Shown here piece by piece: positions 32,001-41,700 of a stretch of DNA of 64,000 bases. A program made the translations under genes and the position numbers. The stretch is from Cyanidioschyzon merolae. Lineage: Eukaryota. The notes beneath the pieces were generated by a model. The model was not told the origin of the DNA. It ran no database searches and was given only the letters and a program-made list of their open reading frames with translations. Numbering within the stretch: position 1 is the stretch's first letter; every line of letters starts with the position of its first letter. The stretch is taken from the NCBI GenBank assembly GCA_000091205.1, contig AP006494.2; one strand, 5' to 3'.

Positions 32001-33542
32001 GCACGTTTCACACTGCGACATTGCATCGAGTTTGATGCGGAAACCTTTCTATGTGGTATGATGAGCTCCATCGATGCCCTGGTCGGGGTCACGGCAACTC
32101 GTGTGCGCTACTGGGACCTTGCCGACCTTGACGGGCAACCGTTTCTCTACGAGGCATCCCTGAAAGCGTGGCCCGTACTCCCGATGATCCTGAAATTGCT
32201 GTTAGAAGATGGTGCTGACGATCTCGGCGTCACACACGTTGCTTTGCGAAACGCCCAGCAGCCGCAGTTCATGGATGCGCTGGAATGGCTCCTGTATCGC
32301 ACAGCAGTAGCGGAGTCGAAACCAAAAGGGGACGACCAAGAACAGCTTTCCCTGCGTGTCGTGCGTATGCTTCGCAAGTTCGGTGAATACGAGGACATTG
32401 TGGTGCACTGCGCTCGCAAAACCGAGGCATACAAGTGGCCGTCGCTTTTTGCGCTGGTTGGCGAACCCACTGCCCTTCTTGAACAGTGCTTCCTTAGTGG
32501 CCGCCTGCGTACGGCAGCTTGTCTGCTCATTGTGCTTCAGGAGCTTCACGGATTGCAAGCGAGTGCCTTTCAAGCGCTGCGACTGTTCCAGGCTGCATTG
32601 AGTTGTGAGGATGACGCACTCGCCAGGGAACTGATGGGTTACCTGGCTAGGATATCCGCTGATGAAGTCATGTCATCCGGGAGTTGTTCCGCTCGCGAAC
32701 ATGCCTCAGCACACATTCCGCAAGGCGGAGCTGCCCGTTCCGAGAAACGAGACCACACCGCAGGGCAGAGCGCCTCGCGTGCTGGGAAAGTCTCCGGTCA
32801 ACTCGTAGAATCGGGAGTGGATCACCAGTTTTTCCGAATGGCGGAAACGTCGTTGTTTACGTACGCAACGGAACTGCTCTGGCGATTCGAGCTCTATCGG
32901 CTGTGTGTGCTTGCTGAGCGGTTGGGTTTCTCGCTGACCGAGTGGTTGCGTCGCAACTCCACCAGTCACCGGGAGTTTCGCGACTTGTACCTGGGTATCA
33001 CTTCAGCACGGCAACAGTTCCGGGTTGGTACGCCATCATCAGCAGCCGTCCAGCGCGCCATACTGGATATCCAGCATGCACGAGAAAAGCAACATGTCCT
33101 GTTATCGGAACTCGAGGCGACCCGGCGAAGACTGCAAGCTCTCAACCCGAGTCTGGAACATGCAGCCAAGAACGTGCAGAAAACTGCCGCTGCTGTTGAT
33201 CATTGTAGGAATGATCGCGATGACCATGGAAATGATGTTGGCACTGGCACTGATCACACCACTGGTATGCGTTGTCGCCATGACTTTGCCGCTGACGCAG
33301 CAACTGCCTTGGCGATAAGCATTCCATCGCTGATCTACCTGAAACGACTCGCGCAGGCCGCGTACGACGTGGACTATCCCAGTCTCGGGCTCATTCTTGA
33401 TACTCTTTTGCTGCATGGGCAGCGAATTTACCTGGTACTCCAAAGCCATCCTCATTACCAGGAGCCATACCTGCTTGCACTGCGCAAGTTTGATGAACCA
33501 AGTATGAGCGCATTGCTAGGGGCGCTTCAGCAAGCGCTCTAG
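29037..33542 (+). CDS. Large (1501 aa) conserved protein, candidate RIC1-like Rab-GEF complex subunit (identity tentative)
   Basis: Uninterrupted 4.5-kb ORF. The N-terminal half is WD/beta-propeller-like. The C-terminal block VVHCARKTEAYKWPSLFALVGEPTALLEQCFLSGRLRTAACLLIVLQELHG resembles what I recall of the RIC1 family C-terminal domain. Not verified. Confidence 0.4.
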   Translation: MPYFVQGSARTYVAVATSGTGTPASTAGSPVSLDLGPRSWHAYRGQNGEDNCPVHRRNEAGAVCSEQSAPTHATDAVPDSIWSRLLWKAPTTATRRRTGEETSGSVFGAFLASGSDQRTPWQSAAALALFSETLLLVASTDAMSIWLAERILQPVSHFTDQELQLSRYGRIRQALWGPSCPSRLSGIGLSASVALLTEKGIVLLLTLSAKDAPASPEEALRPWWKLADDDAAVEVDDWRPDKADGGAISGIQPSAEARNTSQAQPLDESLHTDHIRCTWTLALEHVASVALSVAKEDASLTSHALAMTACPAGVIVASASGWVECISWNASTIWKVEIFGETLTDEQLLLEDISISSREVHVHYDQQLRLGVLCFQQQWLVLLQLDCGGYCRPHCAAPSVRFYRYPGLCCVALEPRHGLVGLGMADGSVRVHHLESMALESVCSGAPGQQHAAQVTRRVRSLSWAPDGEAFALAWDERGLAIWSRHGCRLFSSSSWIGPQSQSQSQKRLSAVAVPATPEQDPLRVRSVHWHPTGLSIFVQFAGEAPNANAALFGVLPLLRLTGEFGGSSVWEGNRIYPTACAVTDDAVGIVSIQRECADYRTLGAQVAQLLLQQCAEGVVHGRRSTATGWHWMTLDEAYLRRAWPIRHVAWQAASSFLAVSGTSGVALWNPQRRRWRWTEPTVRGAAGICIGLAWLGPFLLTIWREDAPYELLKEERFRYYAPTNVLAQIDDADSRMSARKTSSYTLRVFHRSKLGEERLSKPLRFRHRPLKIDVLESGIVWVYNSDSVMRVYRFSWEQRRPWSSSVDWRFVHSLPLRVDYGIQQTSVDGEWLESFRVLPSRVLSQGGETEHAFLLPFGAWPGSILLSKPHRAATETAESLASSRADQPFSTQHSPPSADSGSMTSPLDASREHSALSQAPDGIPRSMLLVLGSRGTLFIVDPLTQAEDVLASAVIRYWFTADLRKRHSVPQPALWVSTANGVYAMSSARFTLRHCIEFDAETFLCGMMSSIDALVGVTATRVRYWDLADLDGQPFLYEASLKAWPVLPMILKLLLEDGADDLGVTHVALRNAQQPQFMDALEWLLYRTAVAESKPKGDDQEQLSLRVVRMLRKFGEYEDIVVHCARKTEAYKWPSLFALVGEPTALLEQCFLSGRLRTAACLLIVLQELHGLQASAFQALRLFQAALSCEDDALARELMGYLARISADEVMSSGSCSAREHASAHIPQGGAARSEKRDHTAGQSASRAGKVSGQLVESGVDHQFFRMAETSLFTYATELLWRFELYRLCVLAERLGFSLTEWLRRNSTSHREFRDLYLGITSARQQFRVGTPSSAAVQRAILDIQHAREKQHVLLSELEATRRRLQALNPSLEHAAKNVQKTAAAVDHCRNDRDDHGNDVGTGTDHTTGMRCRHDFAADAATALAISIPSLIYLKRLAQAAYDVDYPSLGLILDTLLLHGQRIYLVLQSHPHYQEPYLLALRKFDEPSMSALLGALQQAL

Positions 33543-34971
33543 TTTTGCGGTGTCTTGGAGATACCAGGTTGCGCGTATCTTGGCACCGTTCGCGCACTGG
33601 CATACCATGACTGTCTAAAGCTTGCACTGGTACGAGCAGAGCACATCGACGGTCAGGTTCAGTTGCATCAGACACGGGTCCTTCTGGGAACAGCACGCGC
33701 TCGGCAAACGAATCGGATTACCCGAGACTGCTCCAAAGGCTGGGGATACGGTCTCTGAACCCAGTCTGGGACGTTGTTTGCATAGTGGTGTGCGGCTCGA
33801 GCGCAAACCTGCACTCGCTCGAGCGAAACCTAGCGCAGCCACCGAGCCTGTAAAGAATACCTCAAGGCCGCAGGTTCTCCATCCAGAAAAAAAACGTCGA
33901 GACGAAAGCCATCGAAGAGGTGCACTTCGCGGGCTGCTTGCCTAAGTGAGTTCGTTTGTTCTTGCGTTCTGCGTATGAGCTACCCTCGTCCATCCTTGTC
34001 GCGAGATGCAGTGCCTTCTTGGATACCCTGCGCGGGACAACGACTCGGATACGGGATACCGAGTCCTGTGCACCGACCTCGATGGGTGCAGGTCCACCGA
34101 CGGTTGTATGAGCACCGGGTGTGCCCATTTCGAGACGAACGACCACAAGTTTAACGTTCGGTCATTGTTGTTGTCCTCGGGTGACGCGAGCTGACGTTCC
34201 GAACTTGTGTCCACCGGCGCTTGAGTGCCTCATGAGTATTCCGCCTCGAATCCAGGTATCTTCCTGGGCGCTGGGATTCCGGCGAGGTACGAATGACAAG
34301 GAGTGCTGCACAGATAGTGCAGGCAGGTCTCTCTTAGAAGAACCTGTGGCACCACATTCGCGAAGCAGCGTTGTTCATTGTGGCTCTTCAAAGGCACACG
34401 TCCGTTGCGGGCGATAACGAAACGAGACTCGTTTCACTATCGTACGCATCGTTCGACACCTGTGACGTCAGTTGTGCTCCATTGCAGCTCGCCAGGCGCA
34501 AGACATCACCGCGGGTAGAAAGCACGCTGATATTAAGAAAAAAGTGGCAAGCTTCCAGAAGCGCTCTCGTGACTGCAGCACGCTGCGACGCTACAACACG
34601 ATGCGCCCTGCTCTCTGCGAAACGATCCATGAAGAAAATAACTCAAGCCTCACCAATTGCTTTTCTGGCAACAGACACATAGATACTCCGGAGCAAGAGT
34701 GCCGCTTTGCTATGTTGAGAGCATCATCCTGCTGAGGTGTTTTCTATAACCAACACCAATCACGTCGCGTTCTTTTCCCTTATACGCTTCAGCGTGCAGC
34801 CGACGACGAATATGTATCCGAGAACATTCACGTTCTAGTCCACTTTTTTCCCCTAAATACTGGAAAGCGCTGCTGACGAAAAATCTCTATCCTAGCATAT
34901 CAAGATTAAGTCTGTTCTTCTCCCTGTATGCTGTACAATGCTCCGGAACCGGACACTGTGTCCGAAAACAC

Positions 34972-36543
34972 TCAATTCCGCTTGTTTTCCCTGTATGCTT
35001 GATAGCGCTTCTGAAGAAGCGATGCACATTCCGTTGGCGTCAGTGCCGGATTTGCTAGCTGCTCCTCGATCTGGAATTCCATGATTTCCCCAAGCAGAGG
35101 TCCGACGGGCAGTCCAGGAAGTAAACGACGTACTGCGTGACCATCAAGAAGTGGTTGCAGCTCGCAAGCTCGATCCAAGCCGGTCTCCTTGATCTTGTCA
35201 CGAAACACGAGATACTGCTGCACGATGGGTGTCTCTGAAGCGGTGGACTCTGTCGAAGCAGCTGCGCTAGCCATTGATGCGCCAGAATCGAGCCGCTCGT
35301 CCAAAGCCAGCTGAAGGAGCAGCGCTGCTTGCCACCAGGAACCAAGCGATCGAATCAGGAGTCCTACTTCAACCCGACAGGATCGCTCATTCCAAGCGAG
35401 CGGCTGCAGCACGAGTGTCCTAATCTTGCTGCACGCGGATAGCATGCTGAGAATCGCTTTCTTCTTCTGTTGTTGTACGCGCAGCGCATCATGCAGTATG
35501 TAAAACACAACAGAGCAGCGTTGATCCCTTTTGATTACATAGGAGATATCGAACAAGGGACTGAGGCAGGCTCCCAGAAGTAGCATCTGTCGAGTTCCGT
35601 CCTGCTGCCAAAGTTCAATACCCTCCTTGAGCCAAACGCTACCGAAGCGCTCCAGTCGCTGCACTCGCGTGAGTGCAAGCTCTGTCCAACGGTCGGGATA
35701 GGCGGATTCAGGAATCGACGGCGGCAGCGGAAAGAGGCACTTTGCCAGGCCCATGTCAAACAACAGCGAAAGTGCCATCACGGGTTGCGGGCCTCCCAAC
35801 ATCAGTTCCAGCTCCGTTGCGATACGCTCGCGACTCACCTTGCTGAGGAGCGCCTCTCGAACCCGGGGGCTAGAGGCCGCCTCCAGAACCTCCGGTACGA
35901 CGGTGAAGCCGAATCGACTTGCAAAGCGAACTGCTCGCAAGGCTCGCAAAGGGTCCTCCAAGAAAGTCGTCAACGGTGGCAGGGGTGTACGGATCAGCCC
36001 GGCAGCCAGATCCGTAAGCCCCATCCGAGTCCAGTCTTCCACCTGCTTCGTGTTGATGTTGTAGAAGAGGGTATTGATCGTGAGGTCCCTGCGAAAGGCG
36101 TCCTCCTCGGGGGTGCCGATCGCCATCGAGGGAATACGCGAGTCGGCAGCATACGATTCCTTCCGCAGGTTCACAAAGTCGATCCAGTGATCAAAGAGAC
36201 GCATACGGGCAGTCTCTAGGTGCTTGCTTTGCGCAGGGTTCACGCGGATCACGTGAACGGACCCTTGCTTCTGACCGCGCTCAGCGAGGAAAGCGTCTAC
36301 GCGCTCTGCAAACTCCCTTCCGAGCATGTTGTCGAGTGCGATATCAAGGTCTATCTGGTCTGCGCAGATACCGAGCAACTTGTCGCGAACCCAGCCTCCG
36401 GCGACTCGCAGCGTGCAGCCAAGGCGATAGGATGTATTCACTTCGAGCAGCAGAGAGAAGATTTGTTGTTCAATAGAACTGAGCTCGATCTGCACGAGCA
36501 ACGGACGGTTCAAGTTCCGTTCAGTTCCTGAAACACGTTGCAT
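34972..36543 (-). CDS. CCA tRNA nucleotidyltransferase / poly(A) polymerase-family enzyme (PolyA_pol head domain)
   Basis: Motifs GCTLRVAGGWVRDKLLG (GGxVRD), DIDLDIA, and RRDLTINTLFYNI (RRDxTIN). The tracked ORF extends to 37230 with a His/Gln-rich low-complexity N-terminus of 229 aa. The ATG preceding the catalytic domain (MQRVSGTERNL...) is at 36543. Confidence 0.75.
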   Translation of the reverse strand: MQRVSGTERNLNRPLLVQIELSSIEQQIFSLLLEVNTSYRLGCTLRVAGGWVRDKLLGICADQIDLDIALDNMLGREFAERVDAFLAERGQKQGSVHVIRVNPAQSKHLETARMRLFDHWIDFVNLRKESYAADSRIPSMAIGTPEEDAFRRDLTINTLFYNINTKQVEDWTRMGLTDLAAGLIRTPLPPLTTFLEDPLRALRAVRFASRFGFTVVPEVLEAASSPRVREALLSKVSRERIATELELMLGGPQPVMALSLLFDMGLAKCLFPLPPSIPESAYPDRWTELALTRVQRLERFGSVWLKEGIELWQQDGTRQMLLLGACLSPLFDISYVIKRDQRCSVVFYILHDALRVQQQKKKAILSMLSACSKIRTLVLQPLAWNERSCRVEVGLLIRSLGSWWQAALLLQLALDERLDSGASMASAAASTESTASETPIVQQYLVFRDKIKETGLDRACELQPLLDGHAVRRLLPGLPVGPLLGEIMEFQIEEQLANPALTPTECASLLQKRYQAYRENKRN

Positions 36544-37889
36544 TGGGCGGGTTTGGTTTTCGAACGCAGCGAGACACCGCAGTTGCAACCAGGTCTTCCG
36601 GAACCGATGAGCGCTTCTGGTTGCTATGGAACTACACAGGAGACGCTTTCGTGGAAGATTGTGGAGAGACAAGTTGCGGAACCCCGGTATGAGGAAGCAG
36701 CACTGCGTCGTATGCGTCTCGCGATGAACTGGTATGCTAAAAGCGGTATCACGGAAGACCCACGCCACGACTCGTGGCGTTTGCTTCGGTAGCGACAGCA
36801 CCTGCCGCTGCTGATGCTGCTGCTGGTGCTGGCGGTGGTGCTGGTGCTGTGCGTTTCGTAGTGAAACGCTTGAAATGAACGGAACGACTCGGGTGGGTAA
36901 GCCACGCAGCACACGAGTCGTAGCCACTGCGTGTGTCTCCTCAGAGCGGTACTCGCTATGTTTGGTTCTCGGCCAAGAGATGTTTCCGCTCACCTGCTGA
37001 GGATTCAAAGGTGTTTCAGGTCGCCGGGGGACCAACTGAGAGGTCAGCGTTTCCGTGAACCGAGACACGCCTCTCTTGGGGCTCGTCCAAACGCTGTTTC
37101 CACTGGCCTGCTGCAGAGCCAGAGGTGTTTGTGCTCGTTGAATAATCGCTCGGGCCAGTCTCCCTCTGGAACCGCTGCTATCTGTGCCGCTTTCCAAACG
37201 TTGCAACGCTCTACCCAGAGCAGAGTGCATTCAAATTGCTCACGAACTAGCCCGACTGCCGGCCCAAACAAGCCCAGAGAACAGCAGAGCACAGGGAACT
37301 CTTGACGGCATTCGAGCCGTTGGCCTTGACCCGTTTCCAGCCGCGACATCCACCGTTGGCTTTCAACGCCTGGACAAACGGACGTTTTGAGCACTGGACG
37401 TTTCAGGCACCCTTGGGATCGTTCACGAGCACGTAGACCTTTTGACACGAATAAAAGGCTTCTTAAGCGCGGAACTTGTCAAGCACATTCGTACTCGGTC
37501 ACGAGGAAACACAACCTCTCTCTGAACACAGAGTTTTAGAAAGAAAGGAGCTTTGCGACCGTTTTGCTTCATTCCCCCGGACTTTACACCGAAGTGTACT
37601 GCAGACCAAGCTCCAAATAAGTTTCCCGTCAGGCAGTGCGCTTGCAGCCTCCGAGTTACGCTTGCTATTGGGCGTATTACTCGCACAACGCTTTCACGAA
37701 CGACTCGGTTGCGCAGCAGCAGATACTTTTGAGGTCTGCTCGCTCGTACGCACTGGGTACGTTGAACGAGCCGCTCGGTTGGGGATAACATCTGCGTTAG
37801 CGCGCTGCGACTAGTTCGTACCTGTCACTGTCCTCTGTTGCACATTATTTTCTGGTCCTGTTGGGCCACCCGTAACGCGACGCTACCAG

Positions 37890-38501
37890 ATGCGTCTGTA
37901 TGCCCTAACGATACTGCGAAGACGCAGTGATGAAACCGAGCCGACGCTTCTGAGCGCTGCCTACGAACTAAGCGACTTTAACTACTTCCAGCGGAGTAGC
38001 GTACGCGAGTTTGCTGCCTTCTTTGCAAAACTGATTGCGAAGCGAGTCACACTCGGAGAGCGCCTATCTGTGGATCACGAGAACTACGTATGTTACGCTT
38101 ACGCTCGTGTGAATGGCGTGATCGCAGTTGCGCTATGCGATGCGGAATATCCACAACGCGTTGCATTTAGTCTCCTGGGGCAGGTCCTGGATGAGTTTCG
38201 CCGAACCTTTCCCGAGTCGCAGTATCTCCAGGTACCTGCAGAAGCGATCCAAGTACGAGAGTTTCCGTACCTCGCGGATCGTCTCCAGAGGTACCAAAAT
38301 CCCGTGGAAGCGGATCCTCTAATGCGGATCGAGAAAGATCTCGATGAGACGAAATCCACCCTGCATCAAACTATCGACAGTATACTGGAGCGCGGCGTCA
38401 AGCTCGATCAGTTGGTGGACAAGAGTAACGATCTTTCATTGCAGAGCAAGATGTTTTATCGCACGGCACGGAAACAGAATAGCTGTTGCAACCTGTCGTA
38501 G
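37890..38501 (+). CDS. YKT6: R-SNARE YKT6 (longin domain plus SNARE motif plus C-terminal CCxxx prenylation box)
   Basis: MRLYALTILRR...LLSAAYELSDFNYFQRSSVREFAAFFAKLIAKR... lines up with YKT6 MKLYSLSVLYK...LLKAAYDVSSFSFFQRSSVQEFMTFTSQLIVER. The protein ends ...SCCNLS* (CaaX). ATG at 37890 verified. Confidence 0.9.
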   Translation: MRLYALTILRRRSDETEPTLLSAAYELSDFNYFQRSSVREFAAFFAKLIAKRVTLGERLSVDHENYVCYAYARVNGVIAVALCDAEYPQRVAFSLLGQVLDEFRRTFPESQYLQVPAEAIQVREFPYLADRLQRYQNPVEADPLMRIEKDLDETKSTLHQTIDSILERGVKLDQLVDKSNDLSLQSKMFYRTARKQNSCCNLS

Positions 38502-40458
38502 GTGCAGCTGGTTTCGAAGAATGAGCAGAATACGCATCATGGTTTGCTGAAGGTGAGCGCCGTATGAACCTCACCTAGAATAGACCGGCAATGATGCTTG
38601 CAGGTCACTGGCCTTCTTCTCCGAGGAATGCCGTTGAGCGGCATGCTCTTTCCGAAACCGCAAAATCTGCACAGGATCGACGCTTGCCCGTTTCTCGCGT
38701 TGATTCCTGCTAGAAGCTGTGTTTTCTTCCAAGTATGCGCTGTCGGCCCATTACGCGCACGAGCGCAACAGCGCTGTGGCAGTGGACTGCAAAAGCGCCC
38801 GAATTGTTTGACACGTCGAGACTCGAGAGCTGCTCGGAAGGATTGGCCTCGTCGCTTTGTGGAAGTATATACGCGCATGGCGCTGCCGTGCCTGTGTACT
38901 CGGTCCTTATGATGCCGTGGTGCAAAACGCAAACTGTAGCTGCATCCCCGGTATGAGATGCATGTGTGCGAGCCCTGCATAGGGAATCTGTTGCCGGAGA
39001 ATGAGCGGCACTCGCAGCGCGAGCAGCAGCACTTGTATTTCAATCGTTTCCAATATAGATGAGCATGCGTCTTTTGAAGTATGCTCTTTACCAGGGACGT
39101 CTGTTCGCTATCGAGGTGCGCGCTGCGAAGCATCTTATGACCAGTTTCGTGCAGAAGGAGCATGTCCCTTGTCGGAGCGCATGCGGGCATCCCATGACGA
39201 CGCAAGCGGGCGAGCTTGCGTCTGTAAGAATCTACTCCTGGGAGGTGTCCACTGACTTGCCCAGCGATGAACACCTCGGAACGACCATGTTGTTATGGCG
39301 TATCCAAATCCGCTACAGCTGCAAGAATGGAACGTGCTCAGGAAAGTCGTATCTCGCAACTGTCCGAAAGCGTCAACAGCCGAGTTGAGAACTGCATCCG
39401 GATGCGCGCTGTGCACAAATAAAAGTATGAGTTGTTTCGTGCGAAAAAGCTTCAATCACAGCTCTTTCGTAGCAAGTCTCTGGTAGCGTCTACAATGACG
39501 TCAGGGACGCAATCCCCCCCTCAGAGACGCTACGCAGTAGCCAGCCGGCTCCGCGACTGCAGCTGAAGATTCCACACACTTCATATGCGTTTCTCACGGC
39601 GTAGTGGACCAGTCTCCCTCTGTTGCACCAGAGGCGACGCAGCGGCTTTCCGGCGGTTGCACCTGAGCCGGGCCATAATTCCCGTAGATCGGCAGTACGA
39701 ACTGCTACTCGCCAATTCACGATAAAAGTTTTGGGTCGTCCGAACGCTACAAGGGTTTCCGGCGAAGCAGCACGTGAGGCATCGTGAACTGGATCATCCG
39801 ATCTGAACGCATGATCGATCACTGCGAAAGCCTCGAATAGTACAGCGTCCAGGTCACTCGACAGGCATCAGCTTCACGCTCGAATTCAAACCGGATCAGG
39901 TGTGTTACATAGACTGGTATCGTGCCGAAGCATTCTTTCAAAAAACCATCATCAGTCTCTGGGATATCAGGAACAGCGCTTTGCTATGTACAGTGCGCAA
40001 GATCATCATGGAAACGAGCCGTTGTACTGGATACGCTACGCAGGTCATGCTCAGAGTTTCGTTCGTGAAGTTCATGCCTCGATGATCGGTTGCGCTGACG
40101 CACCGCTGCGAGGCTAGGCAGAATCAGCAATCCCGCCACCGGCGAAACGCTGCTTGCTCCTCAACGGCGGCTTAATGGGTAGCCATCGCAAGCGCGATGA
40201 GGTCGGTACCTCGGTGATCGGTGGTGTCCATGCTCCCCGGGCGAGGCTCTGCAGATGCAGCGACGCCGCCGCTTGCTCATTGGACTGTGCTCTGTAGAAC
40301 GCACACCTTTGCTCCTTCAACAGGAATTCCAAGAGAGCCCAAAGACTGCATTTCACAGCGCGTACGCTTCACCGATCGGAACGACAACCAGTCAGGATTG
40401 CGTCCTGGAGATGAGCGCCAACCTCGGTGCTCCCTGCAGGCACGCACCAAAAGCTGCA

Positions 40459-41238
40459 TCAAGATGACGGTTCATAGTCTCGCGAGAGGTCTATGCCCGT
40501 ACCCTCCAGATGCACATTCGTCAAGCGTATTCGTCTCGTGGATGATGACCCAGATGACCTCGCACCGGGTCGAGCGCGCCGTTTCAGCTGGGGTGGTCGC
40601 TGTGCACCGGTCGGTGCCAGAGCAGCTCGCACAGCCTCATGATTGCTTCCTTGCTTCAGACCGCGCTGGAGCAAGTAATCGTACACAACGCTGGAATCTG
40701 GGATTGGAATACTTTGCCAGAGTTTGCGCACTTGTTCACTTATGCGGACGTACAGCGTCGGATCATTTGGGAACAGAATCACTTCCTTCGTGTGTTCGCT
40801 GGGACGAAACGCGAGTATCAGCGGCGGGTTCCGCTCATATGCCAGTTCTCGAATATCTCGCAAGGCGTCCCGGTATGAGTCCTGCAGTTCCGAAACTGGA
40901 ATACCTTCTACCGAAGTTTTGAGCAAGTTCAGCAGATCATCGCGGTTACGCAAATAGTATTTCGAGCGCCAGCGCCAGCGCCCGTCCGACTCCAGTAAGA
41001 CGCGGGGGTTCCCGACCAAGTTCACCCACAGCTCCGAGTCTCGTTGCAAGCGTATCTGCAGGGCTTCCTCTATCTCTTCAGGTGAAACTGGTCTGAGCTC
41101 TTTTTTTAGATACCGTAAAACCTTGTGGAGCTGCGCACCGAGCGGTTCACTTGAAAAGGGACCCGCAACGACTTCGCCCGCAGCAGGCGGGTTGATATCG
41201 CCGTCTCCGGGTAGTGGGGTGCGGGTCAACTGCGTCAT
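40459..41238 (-). CDS. GTF2E2: General transcription factor TFIIE beta subunit (winged-helix)
   Basis: Colinear with human TFIIE-beta: LRYLKK / VNYMK; [37 protein letters not shown] / [58 protein letters not shown] / [29 protein letters not shown] / FQKLWRSVTVDS; and a basic tail KRRARPG...[10 protein letters not shown] / KKRRFKTHNEHL. Confidence 0.7.
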   Translation of the reverse strand: [259 protein letters not shown]

Positions 41239-41700
41239 CGGCGTCAGCCGCTTAATCTACAGCGATCAGTATACAGCTGATGAGATTGACGGCCCAAGTA
41301 GGGTTCTGTGGAGTGCGGTTCCTTCCTGAAGCCCCGGAAGCTCGAGAGACGCCTCGCCACACCCGCGCTCGGCGGTACTCGAGTGCCCTGAGTGATACCA
41401 ACCACCACCACAGTCAGTGTGTGCGTGTGTGTGCAGCGTCCAAGTCAACGTCAACTGCACTGTGGATCGCTCCACTTGATCCACAGCCAGAGTTCTTGAA
41501 CGCTGGCACGTGTCGGCACCCGAACCGCCTCAAAGGTCCAGCGAACGCTGCTATGGCTTGACGGAGCCGGCGCTCGGCGAAACGGAGCGCTGCCCGCCAG
41601 CGTACCAGGCGAACGGCCATTTTCAACGGTATCTGCTGCTGAACATACGTTGTCTATTCTTTACGCTTCGCTGTTGCGTGCCTTGAGCTGCATTCTGACG

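Noticed and set aside
38537-39274. 245-aa ORF on the minus strand in the YKT6 / TFIIE-beta convergent intergenic region
   Set aside because: Its Arg/Cys/His-rich composition is typical of out-of-frame GC-rich DNA (...CCCSRCECRSF...). It has no motif and no sensible start context, and it is overlapped by other equally long ORFs.
40221-40922. 233-aa plus-strand ORF overlapping the TFIIE-beta gene
   Set aside because: It is antisense to a gene with strong, colinear homology to TFIIE-beta. It has proline- and arginine-rich composition and no motifs, so it is almost certainly a shadow ORF.
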